From an uncultured Pseudomonadota bacterium (GTDB lineage Bacteria > Pseudomonadota > Alphaproteobacteria > Rs-D84): DNA of 64,000 nucleotides. The notes under the pieces are model-generated. The model was not told the origin of the DNA. It searched no databases and worked only from the letters and a program-made list of their open reading frames with translations. The first letter of the stretch is position 1, and each line of letters opens with the position of its first letter. This document shows positions 26,676 to 37,156 of this stretch, in pieces. Position numbers and translations under genes: made by a program. The DNA lies in the NCBI GenBank assembly GCA_902793435.1, contig CADBDF010000001.1, forward strand, positions 69,131-133,130, written 5' to 3'.

Positions 26676-29095
26676 TAGATTATAACCAAATTTTTGAATA
26701 TTTTGCCGGCAGTAGTGATTTTCCAATCACACTGACTGTGTTGGTTATGGTTGTTGTGGTTGTTTTTATTGCTTTGATGTTATATCTTCCTGTTTTAACG
26801 CGAAAAATTTTTCCTAAATTTGGGTATAGTTCATATTCTGACTATTTGCCTTTTAAAAATGTTAAAAAAGACAATACTTTGGTTTTAAATGATGATTCTG
26901 TGGTCAGGGTTTATCATTTAGATGGTGTCCAAACGGGCTTGCAAGATGATGAAACACGTGCAAGATTTTTAGATTTGCGTGCCAGTTTGTTTAATCAAAT
27001 CAAAGACCCAAATGTCGTTTTGCGGTTTTTTACCACCAGAGATGCTGTAAATGAAAATGTTAATTATGAATTTCATCAGCCAACTTTACAGATGATTTAC
27101 GATAAGTGGAAAAACCAGGGTTTAAAGATTTTTTCTAATAATTATTATATTGTGATTTCTGTATCAGGTGCAGATGCAACCGAAAAGTTAAATCAATGCT
27201 GTAATTATATTGAATCAATGTTTGCGGGTTATAAACCTAAATTGTTAAAAAATGATGATAAATATAATATGGCACGGTTTTTTGGCCGGATTTTATCGCC
27301 TGTGACAAAACCAGAACCGGCGGTTGCGGATAAAAATATTGCAAATTTAGTGACGGTTGATGATGTTGAATTTTTACAATCTGGGTTTATTAAATATGAA
27401 AGTGGTGGTAATACAAAATATGCGGCGGCGATTTCTTTCAAAATTGCACCTGATTATTTGGACGAAGAATTTTTTATAAATGTATCAACAATTCAAACAG
27501 AAATGATTTGTATGAGTGGTTTTCGTATTATGGGGGTTGCTGATGTTGCAACGGCTTTGCGTCAAACACAATCAACAATGGACGAAAAACACGAAGAATC
27601 AACCATGGAACAATTAGATGCCGCGGAAAGTATTATGGACGAAAATGTTTCTGGAAATCAAAGTTTGGTTAATTTTTATCCTTTGTTTATGTTGTTTGCG
27701 GATACAGTAGAAGATTTGGAAAAATATGTTGCAGAATTTAAAAAAATATCGGCTTCATTTGGGGTTTCGCCTGTTGTTGAAACATTTGCGTCACGTGTTT
27801 CTATGTTTTCTATTATTCCGGGGTTTGATGTTTTCCCACGCAGTTTTAAATTGTTATCAAAAACGGCTGCGATATCAATTCCTATGGACGCGGTGCCACG
27901 TGGTCATGCAAACAGCGATTGGGGCCCGGGTCCATTGGTTGTTTTCCCAACAGCCCAGGGAACACCATATCAATTCCAATTCCATGTTTCAGATGCGCCG
28001 GTGGCGGTGGGGCATAGTTTAACAATTGGTCCAACCGGTGGTGGTAAAACAACACTTTATTCATTTTTAATTGCACAATCATTGCGTCATCAAAAATTAA
28101 AAGCGTTTTTCTTTGATAGAAATAAAGGTGCCGAAATATTTACTTTGGCGGTGGGTGGTAAATATATCACTATGCAGGGACGCGACAAAAAAGCCGATGA
28201 AAACGAAAAATCTTTTGAAACACACTTAAATCCATTAAAAATGGCTGATACGGTTGCAAATCGTGCATTTTTGCGTCGTTGGTTTGCTATGATTTCCGGG
28301 CAAAATGATGCGGCATCGGCGGACGAAATTGCACGTGCGGTATCGGTTAATTTTGATTATTTGGCTGATAAAGACAGAAAGTTAAAAAATTTGTGGGAAA
28401 GTTGTTTTTCGTCCAGTGGTAATATGCGGCCTGCGTTAAAAAAGTGGGTTGATGATTTGCAATATGGCGATATGTTTAATGAAGATAGTGATACTTTGGA
28501 TTTACAATCCAGACTTACCACTTTTGATTTTACAGATATTTTGCAAGACCCTGATTTAGCGCCGGCGGTTATTTCATATATTTTACACAGAATTAATAAT
28601 ACAACTGTTTCTGGTGGAAATCCGTCTTTGATTATGATTGACGAAACCGCACCTATGTTGGAAAACAAAATGTTCCGCGATAATTTTATTACAGGTCTGC
28701 AAGAAGGTCGTAAAAATCGTCAGGCATATATGGTGGCTTTCCAACGCGCAAATGTTTTGGATAAATTAGGTATCGGTGATGTTGTTCGTGGTCAGGCACA
28801 AACAGTGTTATTTTTCCGGAATCCTGCGGCAGATGTCGCGGATTATGAACACTGGAAATTAAATCCGTTGGAAATGGCGTTTATCCAAGGTAAAGCATAT
28901 CCTAATTTAAAACGCGCGGTGTTGTTGTCGCGTCCGGTCACAGGGGAATCTGTTATTTTAAATACAGAATTAGGTGGTTTGGGTAATTTATTAAGGTTAT
29001 TTGAATCTGGGCGTTCATCGGTTTTATTGGCCGAGGAATTATATAAACAATTTGGGAGTGGTTTTGTCGAAGAATACTTAAAGAAAAATGTATAA
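26672..29095 (+). CDS. virB4: type IV secretion system ATPase VirB4/TrbE family
   Basis: 807 aa. N-terminal TM segment, Walker A GPTGGGKTT, Walker B-like LIMIDETAP. Size and layout match VirB4/CagE. Confidence 0.85.
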   Translation: MIDYNQIFEYFAGSSDFPITLTVLVMVVVVVFIALMLYLPVLTRKIFPKFGYSSYSDYLPFKNVKKDNTLVLNDDSVVRVYHLDGVQTGLQDDETRARFLDLRASLFNQIKDPNVVLRFFTTRDAVNENVNYEFHQPTLQMIYDKWKNQGLKIFSNNYYIVISVSGADATEKLNQCCNYIESMFAGYKPKLLKNDDKYNMARFFGRILSPVTKPEPAVADKNIANLVTVDDVEFLQSGFIKYESGGNTKYAAAISFKIAPDYLDEEFFINVSTIQTEMICMSGFRIMGVADVATALRQTQSTMDEKHEESTMEQLDAAESIMDENVSGNQSLVNFYPLFMLFADTVEDLEKYVAEFKKISASFGVSPVVETFASRVSMFSIIPGFDVFPRSFKLLSKTAAISIPMDAVPRGHANSDWGPGPLVVFPTAQGTPYQFQFHVSDAPVAVGHSLTIGPTGGGKTTLYSFLIAQSLRHQKLKAFFFDRNKGAEIFTLAVGGKYITMQGRDKKADENEKSFETHLNPLKMADTVANRAFLRRWFAMISGQNDAASADEIARAVSVNFDYLADKDRKLKNLWESCFSSSGNMRPALKKWVDDLQYGDMFNEDSDTLDLQSRLTTFDFTDILQDPDLAPAVISYILHRINNTTVSGGNPSLIMIDETAPMLENKMFRDNFITGLQEGRKNRQAYMVAFQRANVLDKLGIGDVVRGQAQTVLFFRNPAADVADYEHWKLNPLEMAFIQGKAYPNLKRAVLLSRPVTGESVILNTELGGLGNLLRLFESGRSSVLLAEELYKQFGSGFVEEYLKKNV

Positions 29096-29711
29096 AATTA
29101 TTGCATTTTTATTATCTGTTTTCGTTATATCGTCTGGGTATGCGCGTGATAAATGTGTGATTTACAAAACAAAACCAACTGTGCAAATAAATAAACCTGA
29201 TTGGGTTAAAAAGGTTGGTCAGCCTTTGAAAATGATGGATTTTTATCATGGTAATGTTGTTGCGACTTTGGTTGATGAATATGATATTGTTGTAAATATT
29301 GATGAATTGCCTAATCGTGATGGATATTGTATTGGTGTTAAAAGTATAAATGCGGTTATTGGTTATAGTGATTTCTTGGTCAAGGTCGATATGCGTCATG
29401 GTGTGAATTCTTGTTCATACAAGGTTGTTTTGGAACACGAAGGCGAACATATTAATGCTTATCTGTCTGTGATTGATGATTTCCAAGATGATTTGAAAAA
29501 TTCTGTGTATTCGGCGGCTAATTCAATTATGCCGGTGTATGTTAAAAATGATGCAGATATCAGTGCCGCAATCGATGAAATAAATTATAAATTACAAAAT
29601 CACCCAGATGTTGTTTTGGTAAAACAAAAAATTTCTGCGGCCGAAGAACTGCGTAATGCCAAAGTTGATGAAGATAATAAACAATATAAAGAATTAGCAA
29701 ACTGTAAATGA
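29088..29711 (+). CDS. secreted HExxH protein (putative Zn-metallopeptidase-like, DUF922-like)
   Basis: Signal peptide MYKIIAFLLSVFVISSGYA. Single HExxH (VVLEHEGEHINAY). Start overlaps the virB4 stop by 8 nt. Confidence 0.4.
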   Translation: MYKIIAFLLSVFVISSGYARDKCVIYKTKPTVQINKPDWVKKVGQPLKMMDFYHGNVVATLVDEYDIVVNIDELPNRDGYCIGVKSINAVIGYSDFLVKVDMRHGVNSCSYKVVLEHEGEHINAYLSVIDDFQDDLKNSVYSAANSIMPVYVKNDADISAAIDEINYKLQNHPDVVLVKQKISAAEELRNAKVDEDNKQYKELANCK

Positions 29712-30052
29712 AAGACGATATAGTAAAATTTGTAGCAAAAAAGTATGGCGCAAAGCCTGAATATTTATGGAAAAAATATCCAACTTTTTTTGTGTTTCGT
29801 AATAATGGTAATCAAAAATGGTTTGCTTTGGTTGCAAATTTGCCACGTAAAACATTGAAATTGTCAGGCGATGGCGCGGTTGATTTTATAAATCTTAAAA
29901 CCGATAATGTCGATTTGTTGCGTGGGGTTAATGGAATATTGCCAGCATATCATATGAATAAACAAAAATGGATAACTGTGTTATTGGACGGAACAATACC
30001 ATTAAAAAATGTCCAAAAATTGATAGAAATGTCGTTCGATTTGGTTGAGTGA
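29708..30052 (+). CDS. MmcQ/YjbR family protein
   Basis: 114 aa. ...KWFALV...INLK......LPAYHMNKQKWITVLLDGTIP...V..LIEMSFDLV matches the YjbR/DUF419 pattern (pgyHmNKkhWntv.ldg). ATGA overlap with the preceding gene. Confidence 0.7.
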   Translation: MKDDIVKFVAKKYGAKPEYLWKKYPTFFVFRNNGNQKWFALVANLPRKTLKLSGDGAVDFINLKTDNVDLLRGVNGILPAYHMNKQKWITVLLDGTIPLKNVQKLIEMSFDLVE

Positions 30053-30206
30053 GAAAGACTTTATATAATGCTGATACATGGTGTGCAGTTTTTGAGCTGA
30101 ATTGTTAGAAATTGGGCGAGAAATTGATAGGGTGAAAAAGTATTTAAACATTGAAAAATAACGTTTATTGGAATATAGTCATAGTGTTGTAAAAAGGGAT
30201 TTTGAT

Positions 30207-30962
30207 ATGAAACTGTTACCAATTTCTATTTTTTTATTATGTTTTCCTATTTTATCATATGCAGATAATACAGGTGATAAAAATATAGTTCAAGAAGAGA
30301 TACAAAATACTAAAATTAAACCATATGCTTCTTTAAAAATAGGCTATAGTAATGTTGGTATAAAAATATCAGAACCAACAAATAAAAGTTTTACAAACAA
30401 TACTTTTTCATTTAATCCAGCAATTGGGTTACAGTTTGACGATAAATTACTAGAAACATTTTCTTTTCGTGTAGAAGCTGAATATTTACGTAATACATCC
30501 GGTGATTCTAGTAATTGGACAATACAAAGACGGTGGCAAACAGGTATTACACCACCATATACAAACCATTATGAGACAAGGAAAGCTTCAATAAACACAA
30601 ATATTGAAGGTTTGTTACTTAATACGTATGCTGATTTTGATGTAATGCAAATCATAAGTCCTTATGTTGTTTTTGGTTTAGGATATGGTAAACTTGAGCA
30701 GGAAAATCAGTTGATAGTAGATACTTTTCATGATTCTCCAGTTGTGAATTCTGATTCAACAGAATATGTCACATACAGTGAAAAACACTCAAAGTATAAT
30801 ATGTTTTGGCAGATTGGACTGGGTGTATCTTTTGATGTTACAGAAAAATTATCATTGAATGCAGAATATAGACATATAAATTATGGTTCTTTAAAACTTT
30901 ATGATTTAGAGTATAAGTATATTGCAAATCAATTTTTAGTTGGTGCAAAATATCTATTTTAA
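30207..30962 (+). CDS. outer-membrane beta-barrel protein
   Basis: Signal peptide MKLLPISIFLLCFPILSYA and a C-terminal ...LVGAKYLF. Alternating beta-strand pattern. ATG 30207 is preferred over the TTG at 30168. Confidence 0.6.
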   Translation: MKLLPISIFLLCFPILSYADNTGDKNIVQEEIQNTKIKPYASLKIGYSNVGIKISEPTNKSFTNNTFSFNPAIGLQFDDKLLETFSFRVEAEYLRNTSGDSSNWTIQRRWQTGITPPYTNHYETRKASINTNIEGLLLNTYADFDVMQIISPYVVFGLGYGKLEQENQLIVDTFHDSPVVNSDSTEYVTYSEKHSKYNMFWQIGLGVSFDVTEKLSLNAEYRHINYGSLKLYDLEYKYIANQFLVGAKYLF

Positions 30963-30984
30963 AAACTTTAAAAAGTTCAAAAGT

Positions 30985-31766
30985 GGTGAATTTTCGCCTT
31001 TGGCAAACTGGCGTGTTCCCACCCGCCTAATCCTTTTAAATAAAAATCGCACCATTTTTTTGATTTTATTGCAAAATATGGTGGGAGATGGACTATGAGT
31101 AAGCAAAAACGAGTGATAACGAAGTTTGAGCGCTAACGAATGCCCAGCAGGCATAAAGTGCCGATGGAATTCCCTCGTCCGTCGCATTTATGCGACGCGA
31201 CTGCGGGGCAACCGTAACGATTTTGCTGCACATAATGTTGGCAAAATCTACTTGTTGTCGCTCGCTCGGCACATTGTGTGCCGGCTGTGCGCAAATTTGT
31301 AGTTATATATTTATATGTAGAGATGGATTTGCTTCGCCACCTTGGCTCATTCGCTTTGCTCACCGGCGCACTTTCGTTCGCCTTTCGCCTGCGGTTGAAC
31401 CAACTTTCCTCGTTGGTTCAAAAGGTAAAATAATAAAAAGTAGGAGATGGAATTCGCTCGACACATAGTGTCTGCGCGCAAATTTGTAGTTATTCGAACT
31501 GCATTTCATTTGTTCTCATATACAAATTTTGAACCATGGCAACCAGTGGTTGCCGTGGTCACAAACCACTGACCACAAAAAATTTCGGGAGATGGAATTG
31601 GCGAAAATGAAATTTTCGCCGCAACTGCGGATTTTTGCCTTTGGCAAACCGGCGTGTTCCAACCCGCCTAATCCTTGTGGTGAACCAACTTTCCTCGTTG
31701 GTTCAAATCACCAACAATACAAGTTTAAATAAAAAGGCACCATTTGTGGTGCCTTTTTATTTAAAT
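30985..31766. repeat. non-coding repeat tract downstream of tRNA-fMet, with stacked partial copies of the tRNA 3' end (att-scar-like)
   Basis: Plus-strand GGGAGATGGA(T/A)TT-type cores at 31083, 31320, 31443 and 31586, plus the genuine tRNA copy at 31772. Further internal repeats are a 44-bp pair (30991-31034 / 31632-31675), a hairpin pair TGAACCAAC-TTTCCTC-GTTGGTTCA (31396-31420 / 31681-31705), and a 32-37-bp pair (31270-31306 / 31462-31493). Confidence 0.8.
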
Positions 31767-31843
<77 letters not shown>

Positions 31844-32002
31844 ATAACGTAATGTCTATTATATACTAAATTTATTAAATGTCAATAAAAAACACTATGT
31901 TTTTTTTAAAAAATTTCACTTAAAACCGTTTGTTAGTGTTTTTTAGGGCTTTTGTCCCTTGCATTGTATTTTTATTATTGCTAAGATTCCTGTGAATTTT
32001 TA

Positions 32003-32797
32003 ATGGTGAAAAAATATATGTCAAAGTTTAAAAAATATGTTATTGAACCTATTGTTAGTTCGGCGCCTGTGCAATGGTTTGTTGCGGGGTTTGCCGTTTT
32101 TGTTGTATTTTTAATTTATATTACATGTTGTAATCATGTGCGTAATAAACGCATTTTGCGCGAATATCGTAAAAAACCGGCTGTATTTGTGGTGTGGCAT
32201 GGGCGAACAATGGTGCCCAGTGTGATTATGTTATTGTATCGCATGCGGTCTTGTGCCGTTGCCAGTCGCCATAAAGATGGCAGGTTGATGGCAAAAATTC
32301 AACGGCTGTTTGGTGCAACCGCCATATACGGCAGTACTTCGTCCGGTGCGGTATCTGTTCTGCGCGAGGGTGTGCGTGTTTTGCATAACGAGGGTCGTTG
32401 TATTGTTATGTGTCCAGATGGCCCCAGTGGTCCGTCTTTGAAATTGCAAGACGGGGCAATGTATTTTGCAAAAATGGCAAATGTGCCAATTATTCCGGTT
32501 TGTTTTTCTTCGTCTAAATCATGGTTTCAAACTCGTTGGGACAGGTATTTGGTGACTTTGCCGTTTGCGAAGACTATTGTTGATGTGGGTGAGCCTATTT
32601 TTGTGAAATCAAAAATTAAAACCGAGGCTTTTGAAAAAGAACGCGAAAAAATTGAAAGAATTTGTGTAAAACAAATGCGTGATTTGGACAAGATTTTTAA
32701 CCTGATGCATGTTGAAGAAGGTTTGACCGCGACTGATTTTAAACGCAAATTGCGCGAGGCGAAAAAATTAGAAAAAGCAAAATTGAGAAAAAAATAA
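32003..32797 (+). CDS. DUF374 (lysophospholipid acyltransferase-like) protein
   Basis: VVWHGR...ASRHKDGRLMA...GSTSSGAVSVL...CPDGPSGP, the DUF374 pattern seen next to kdtA/lpxK. Followed by lpxK with a 1-nt overlap. Confidence 0.65.
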   Translation: MVKKYMSKFKKYVIEPIVSSAPVQWFVAGFAVFVVFLIYITCCNHVRNKRILREYRKKPAVFVVWHGRTMVPSVIMLLYRMRSCAVASRHKDGRLMAKIQRLFGATAIYGSTSSGAVSVLREGVRVLHNEGRCIVMCPDGPSGPSLKLQDGAMYFAKMANVPIIPVCFSSSKSWFQTRWDRYLVTLPFAKTIVDVGEPIFVKSKIKTEAFEKEREKIERICVKQMRDLDKIFNLMHVEEGLTATDFKRKLREAKKLEKAKLRKK

Positions 32798-33717
32798 TGA
32801 AAACACCTTATTGGTTTTTGCATAAATCTTCACTTGCGTTGGCTTTGTTGCCAATGTCGGGGCTGTATTGGTTGGCTAATAAATTTGTAATGTGGCGACG
32901 CGCAAAAAATCCGTATGTATCGCGTCGTAAAATTATTTGTGTTGGTAATGTTTTGGCGGGAGGTGTTGGTAAAACACCGATTGTTCGTCAAATTGCTGAA
33001 TTTTTAGATGCGCCGGTTGTTATGCGTGGTTATAAAAAATCAAACAAGACAAATGGTGTTGGTGACGAGGCTTTGATGTTGGCGCGATATGGTTTAAATG
33101 TTCATACAGGCGACAGAAAAAGTAATATTGTTTTATTAAATAAACAAAAATCAAATACACCAATTGTTATGGACGATGGATTTCAAAACCTGTCAATAAA
33201 TAAAGATATTTCTGTGGTTGTTATTGACGAGGCTTTGGGTTTTGGTAATGGTTTTTTGTTGCCTGCGGGCCCAATGCGCGAAGGGCGGTCTGGGTTAATG
33301 CGGGCTGATGCAATTATTATTGTGCGCGCAAATAAAAAGAATACAAAGTTGCCAGATTTAAAATTGCCGTCAAATATTCCGGTATTTTATGCAGAAAATA
33401 CAACCTTATCGCCATATGATGAAGATGAAAAATTGGTTGCGTTTGCGGGAATTGGATATCCAGACAAATTCTTTCATCAATTAAAAAATGTTGTTTATAA
33501 AAAATCTTATGCTGACCATTATCAATATACAGAACAAGATATCAAAGATTTATTAAATTTGGCAGATAAAAAAAATGCTAAATTGGTGACAACGGAAAAA
33601 GATTGGGTGAGACTCCCACAAAATGTGCGTGATGAAATCAAGTTTGCTGCGTTAGATACCAAGATTGATAAAATGTTCTTTAACTGGTTAGAGGAAAAAT
33701 TAAATGGCAACCTTTAA
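32797..33717 (+). CDS. lpxK: tetraacyldisaccharide 4'-kinase
   Basis: VGNVLAGGVGKTPIV P-loop, typical of LpxK. 306 aa. Confidence 0.85.
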   Translation: MKTPYWFLHKSSLALALLPMSGLYWLANKFVMWRRAKNPYVSRRKIICVGNVLAGGVGKTPIVRQIAEFLDAPVVMRGYKKSNKTNGVGDEALMLARYGLNVHTGDRKSNIVLLNKQKSNTPIVMDDGFQNLSINKDISVVVIDEALGFGNGFLLPAGPMREGRSGLMRADAIIIVRANKKNTKLPDLKLPSNIPVFYAENTTLSPYDEDEKLVAFAGIGYPDKFFHQLKNVVYKKSYADHYQYTEQDIKDLLNLADKKNAKLVTTEKDWVRLPQNVRDEIKFAALDTKIDKMFFNWLEEKLNGNL

Positions 33718-34642
33718 GAAAAAATTTTCTATTTCGGGTCATGGTATTCACAGTGGAAAACCTGTCACAATGGTTATTAAACCGTCCAAGGTTTCAGGAA
33801 TTGTTTTTCATCGTGTGGATTTAGATAAAAAGTTCGATATACCTGCTATATATTCAAATGTGGGTGAAACAAAAATGCGTAATACCACAATTGGAAATAT
33901 GGGCGCACCACATGTGCAAACAATTGAACATTTTATGGCTGCGTTGATGTTGGTTGGTGTTGATAGTGCAATTGTTGAAATAGATGGTCCGGAAACACCG
34001 ATACTGGACGGCAGTGCGGCTGATTTTATGGAAAAATTTTTATCGGTTGGTGTTGTTGGAAAAAAATTAAAACGCATAATTGTTAAACGCGAAGTTGTTG
34101 TTAATTCGCGTGAAGCAAAAAAGAATATTTCTAGAATTGAAAGATTAAAATTTTGGGTTATAAACAAACTGGCTGGGCGGAAAACTGATGGGTTTGTAAA
34201 GTTAATGCCAAATGATGGACGTGGTTTAAATGTGACGGCAACCTTGGTTTATCCTGAAAAAATTATTGGTGACCAAAGTTTTTCCTATTTGTTTGATGGC
34301 ACAAAAAAGTCACAGAATAATTTTATTAAAAATGTTGCGCATGCACGCACTTTTGGAAAAATTTCAGAGTGGGAAGTTTTAAAAAAACATGGTATGGCAC
34401 ATGGTGCAAATGAACATAACGTTATCGTTGTTAATGCCAAGGGTGATGGGGTGTTAAATAATCTGTATTGGGAAAATGAATTTGTGCGTCACAAAGTAAT
34501 AGATGCGTTGGGCGATATGTTTTTATCTGGGGGAATTATTGTTGGTGATTTGGTGTCGTTTAAAGGTAGTCATGCGTTAAATAATCTGGTTTTAAGAAAA
34601 TTGTTTAGCGACCCAGAAAATTACGAAATTGTTGAAAAATAA
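33704..34642 (+). CDS. lpxC: UDP-3-O-acyl-N-acetylglucosamine deacetylase
   Basis: GHGIHSGKPVTMVIKP, TIEHFMAAL and DGSAADF, with the HKVIDALGD His/Asp motif. 312 aa. Confidence 0.92.
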   Translation: MATFKKKFSISGHGIHSGKPVTMVIKPSKVSGIVFHRVDLDKKFDIPAIYSNVGETKMRNTTIGNMGAPHVQTIEHFMAALMLVGVDSAIVEIDGPETPILDGSAADFMEKFLSVGVVGKKLKRIIVKREVVVNSREAKKNISRIERLKFWVINKLAGRKTDGFVKLMPNDGRGLNVTATLVYPEKIIGDQSFSYLFDGTKKSQNNFIKNVAHARTFGKISEWEVLKKHGMAHGANEHNVIVVNAKGDGVLNNLYWENEFVRHKVIDALGDMFLSGGIIVGDLVSFKGSHALNNLVLRKLFSDPENYEIVEK

Positions 34643-34668
34643 TTTATGAATAAAAAAAGGAAGGAAAA

Positions 34669-35016
34669 ATGAAAAAATTGTTTTTATGTGGTGTTGTCTG
34701 TGTTTTGGCGGCGTGTAATAATACAGTAAAGCCTGAATCTAGTGCTGATAATTTGATTGTTGTCGATACAAAACCAACAAATTGTGTTTATTTGTATAAA
34801 ATGAGTGCCGAGGCAGAATTTTATTCCCATGATGATGCAATTCAATATTTAAAAAATCAAATTGTGAAAAGTGGTAAGTCTGGAAATGTTGTTTGGTTAG
34901 AGGTTGATGATAAACAACAAAAGTCATGGGTGATGTTTGGACCAGAATATAAATATAATATGGTTGCGCATGTTTATGATTGTGGTGCCAATTTTGAAAA
35001 TTCAAATAAAAAATAA
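34669..35016 (+). CDS. small lipoprotein, unknown function
   Basis: Lipobox VLAAC after MKKLFLCGVVC. 115 aa. Directly upstream of the pilus-like module. Confidence 0.5.
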   Translation: MKKLFLCGVVCVLAACNNTVKPESSADNLIVVDTKPTNCVYLYKMSAEAEFYSHDDAIQYLKNQIVKSGKSGNVVWLEVDDKQQKSWVMFGPEYKYNMVAHVYDCGANFENSNKK

Positions 35017-35039
35017 AAACAATATTGGTTATTATCTGT

Positions 35040-35069
35040 TTGCCAAAGATTATCTTTTTTTGGTATAAT
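35040..35069 (+). promoter_or_regulatory. putative sigma70 promoter of the pilO-R-like operon
   Basis: TTGCCA (35040-35045), an 18-nt spacer, and an extended -10 TGgTATAAT (35061-35069). Confidence 0.5.
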
Positions 35070-35093
35070 TATCCGCAGGAGAGATGAAATAAA

Positions 35094-36416
35094 TTGTTAG
35101 ACACAGTTATTGGCGCTTTTTTCAGTTTTTTATTCAACAAATTGTTCGGGTTTGGTGATAAGACATTGTCTAATTTGTTGCGTGTAAATAAAAAACGTTT
35201 TGCCGCGGGGTTGTTTTGGCAACCGGTTGCGGTTGGGTACAGTGCAAAAAATTATGCGCGCGTTTTAACAAAAAATTCCAAGGTTAAAGCAAATTTATTT
35301 GTTGAATATCGGTCTATGGTTGGTTTGGCACCAAAGCATCGCGGTTTTTATGCGGGTATGCCATCTGCGGCCGCAGAAATTGTTGATACGTTGGCTGAAT
35401 ATTCTTCGTTCTTGGCGGTTTTTGTTGTTGATAAAAAATATTATTTGTTGGCTGTGCGTAATGGTATTATTTTGGCTGATAAATTATATACTGACGAGGC
35501 GGATGCGCGTGCGGAATATGCACGATTTTCAAAAATTCCTGATTGGACCGCTTTTATTGCGCCAAATTCGTGGGGAATTCCGCGTGCGTCGGCGCGTGAT
35601 TTGAATACTTTATTGCCACGCAAAACAAAATATAATTTACGTGCAATCAGTCGTTGGGCACCGATTGTGTTTTCTGTAATTATGTTTTTGATTTTCTTTG
35701 GTGCGTTGTATTTTATCTTTCGCGAACCAATTAATAAAATTACGGCACCAAAAAAAGTTGAATTGGACCCTGAATTAGTTGCGGAATACAAACGTCAGGT
35801 CGAAGAAAAAAATAAAGAGTTAGATGCAGAATTTAATATTCAAAAAGAAGAAGTTAAACCACTGGTTTTACCATATACAAATTTGCCAGAACCAATGGCA
35901 CGTGCAAAGCAATGTTATCAGGCAATTGGATTTTTAATGCAGCCGGTGACCGGATGGGCGCAATCAAATGTTGTTTGTGATGAAACACGTGCAACAGCTG
36001 AATTTAACAGAAAATTTGGATCATTGGACGGTTTTTATTCTGTGGCGGCGGATTTTTTACCTGGGGCAGATGTTGTTGAAATAGATGACAATACTTTGAG
36101 TGTTAGTGTTGCTTTGCCAAATATTGAACATGTGGCGTCTTTGGACGAACGCGATGCTGAAACAATTGAACGTAATGTTGTTAGTTTGTTTCAAACGGCG
36201 CATATGGACGCAAAAACAAAGATTGTTGTTGATACATTAACCAATGGTGTTGATACGGCAAAATTAAACATTGTAGAAATTGCGGTTAATTCAAAATTAT
36301 TGCCAATGCAATTTACAAAAATGTTTGAAAATTTTGGTGGTGTATATGTCACGCGTTGTGCGTGGAATGCAATATCACGAAATTGGAACTATGAGGTTAT
36401 AATCTATGCAAAATAA
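35094..36416 (+). CDS. type IVb pilus biogenesis protein, PilO-like (R64/PAPI-1 PilO2 family, tentative)
   Basis: 440 aa with a TTG start. N-terminal ...RFAAGLFWQPV... and a central TM segment (WAPIVFSVIMFLIFFGALYFIF). The assignment rests mainly on size and position upstream of PilP/PilQ/PilR-like genes, as in R64 (PilO is about 430 aa). Confidence 0.4.
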   Translation: MLDTVIGAFFSFLFNKLFGFGDKTLSNLLRVNKKRFAAGLFWQPVAVGYSAKNYARVLTKNSKVKANLFVEYRSMVGLAPKHRGFYAGMPSAAAEIVDTLAEYSSFLAVFVVDKKYYLLAVRNGIILADKLYTDEADARAEYARFSKIPDWTAFIAPNSWGIPRASARDLNTLLPRKTKYNLRAISRWAPIVFSVIMFLIFFGALYFIFREPINKITAPKKVELDPELVAEYKRQVEEKNKELDAEFNIQKEEVKPLVLPYTNLPEPMARAKQCYQAIGFLMQPVTGWAQSNVVCDETRATAEFNRKFGSLDGFYSVAADFLPGADVVEIDDNTLSVSVALPNIEHVASLDERDAETIERNVVSLFQTAHMDAKTKIVVDTLTNGVDTAKLNIVEIAVNSKLLPMQFTKMFENFGGVYVTRCAWNAISRNWNYEVIIYAK

Positions 36417-37152
36417 AATTAAATTGTTTGGTTTGTTGTTCGGCGTATTTACGTTATGTGTTATGCCAAATGTGTCGTATGCGGACGATGATTTCGAAGA
36501 ATTGGTCGAAGAAGATTCTTTTGATTATTTGACCGATGATGCGGCAAAAGATTTGTCGGCTATGTCTGTTGCAAATTACGATGTTGATGGGTCTGTGTTT
36601 CAAAAAATTACAGATTTAGAACAACAAAAAGTTTTGATGGAATTGGAAAAAGAACGCGCACAATTAGATTTAGATTTGGATAGATTGGCGGCTGAAAAAA
36701 TTAAACTGCAAATGGAAATGGATACTTTGTCTGGGCGTGCAGAACAAGAACAACAGATTTTGCAAAACGAAAAAGCAAAATTAGAAGCCGAGGCTGCGCG
36801 TATAGAAGCCGAGAAAAAGGCTTTGATTGCGGCGGCAGAAAATGAAACATATGCGGCACCTGTGGTGACGGGTTCTGCCAAGAAATCGTCTGTTGCAAAA
36901 AAGAAACCTGTGGTGGAAGAAAACCAAGATGAAGATTGGGTTGATATTTCGTCTTTATATAAATTGGTAAATGTTATGGGTGCCGGAAATCAGTTGCAGG
37001 CAACATTGTCTGATTTGGAAACTGGGCAAACAAAACGCGTGACGGTTGGTAAAAAAATCAATGGTTTTGTTGTGAAATCTATATCGTTGGAAGACGGTGT
37101 TGTGTTTAGTAAAGATGGTGAAACACAAAATTTAAATATATCAAGTCGGTAA
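36406..37152 (+). CDS. PilP-like periplasmic pilus assembly protein (tentative)
   Basis: Signal peptide, an acidic region, a long coiled-coil, and a C-terminal beta domain LQATLSDLETGQTKRVTVGKKINGFVVKSISLEDGVVF like the PilP C-domain. Overlaps both neighbours. Confidence 0.4.
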   Translation: MQNKIKLFGLLFGVFTLCVMPNVSYADDDFEELVEEDSFDYLTDDAAKDLSAMSVANYDVDGSVFQKITDLEQQKVLMELEKERAQLDLDLDRLAAEKIKLQMEMDTLSGRAEQEQQILQNEKAKLEAEAARIEAEKKALIAAAENETYAAPVVTGSAKKSSVAKKKPVVEENQDEDWVDISSLYKLVNVMGAGNQLQATLSDLETGQTKRVTVGKKINGFVVKSISLEDGVVFSKDGETQNLNISSR

Positions 37153-37156
37153 TAAA

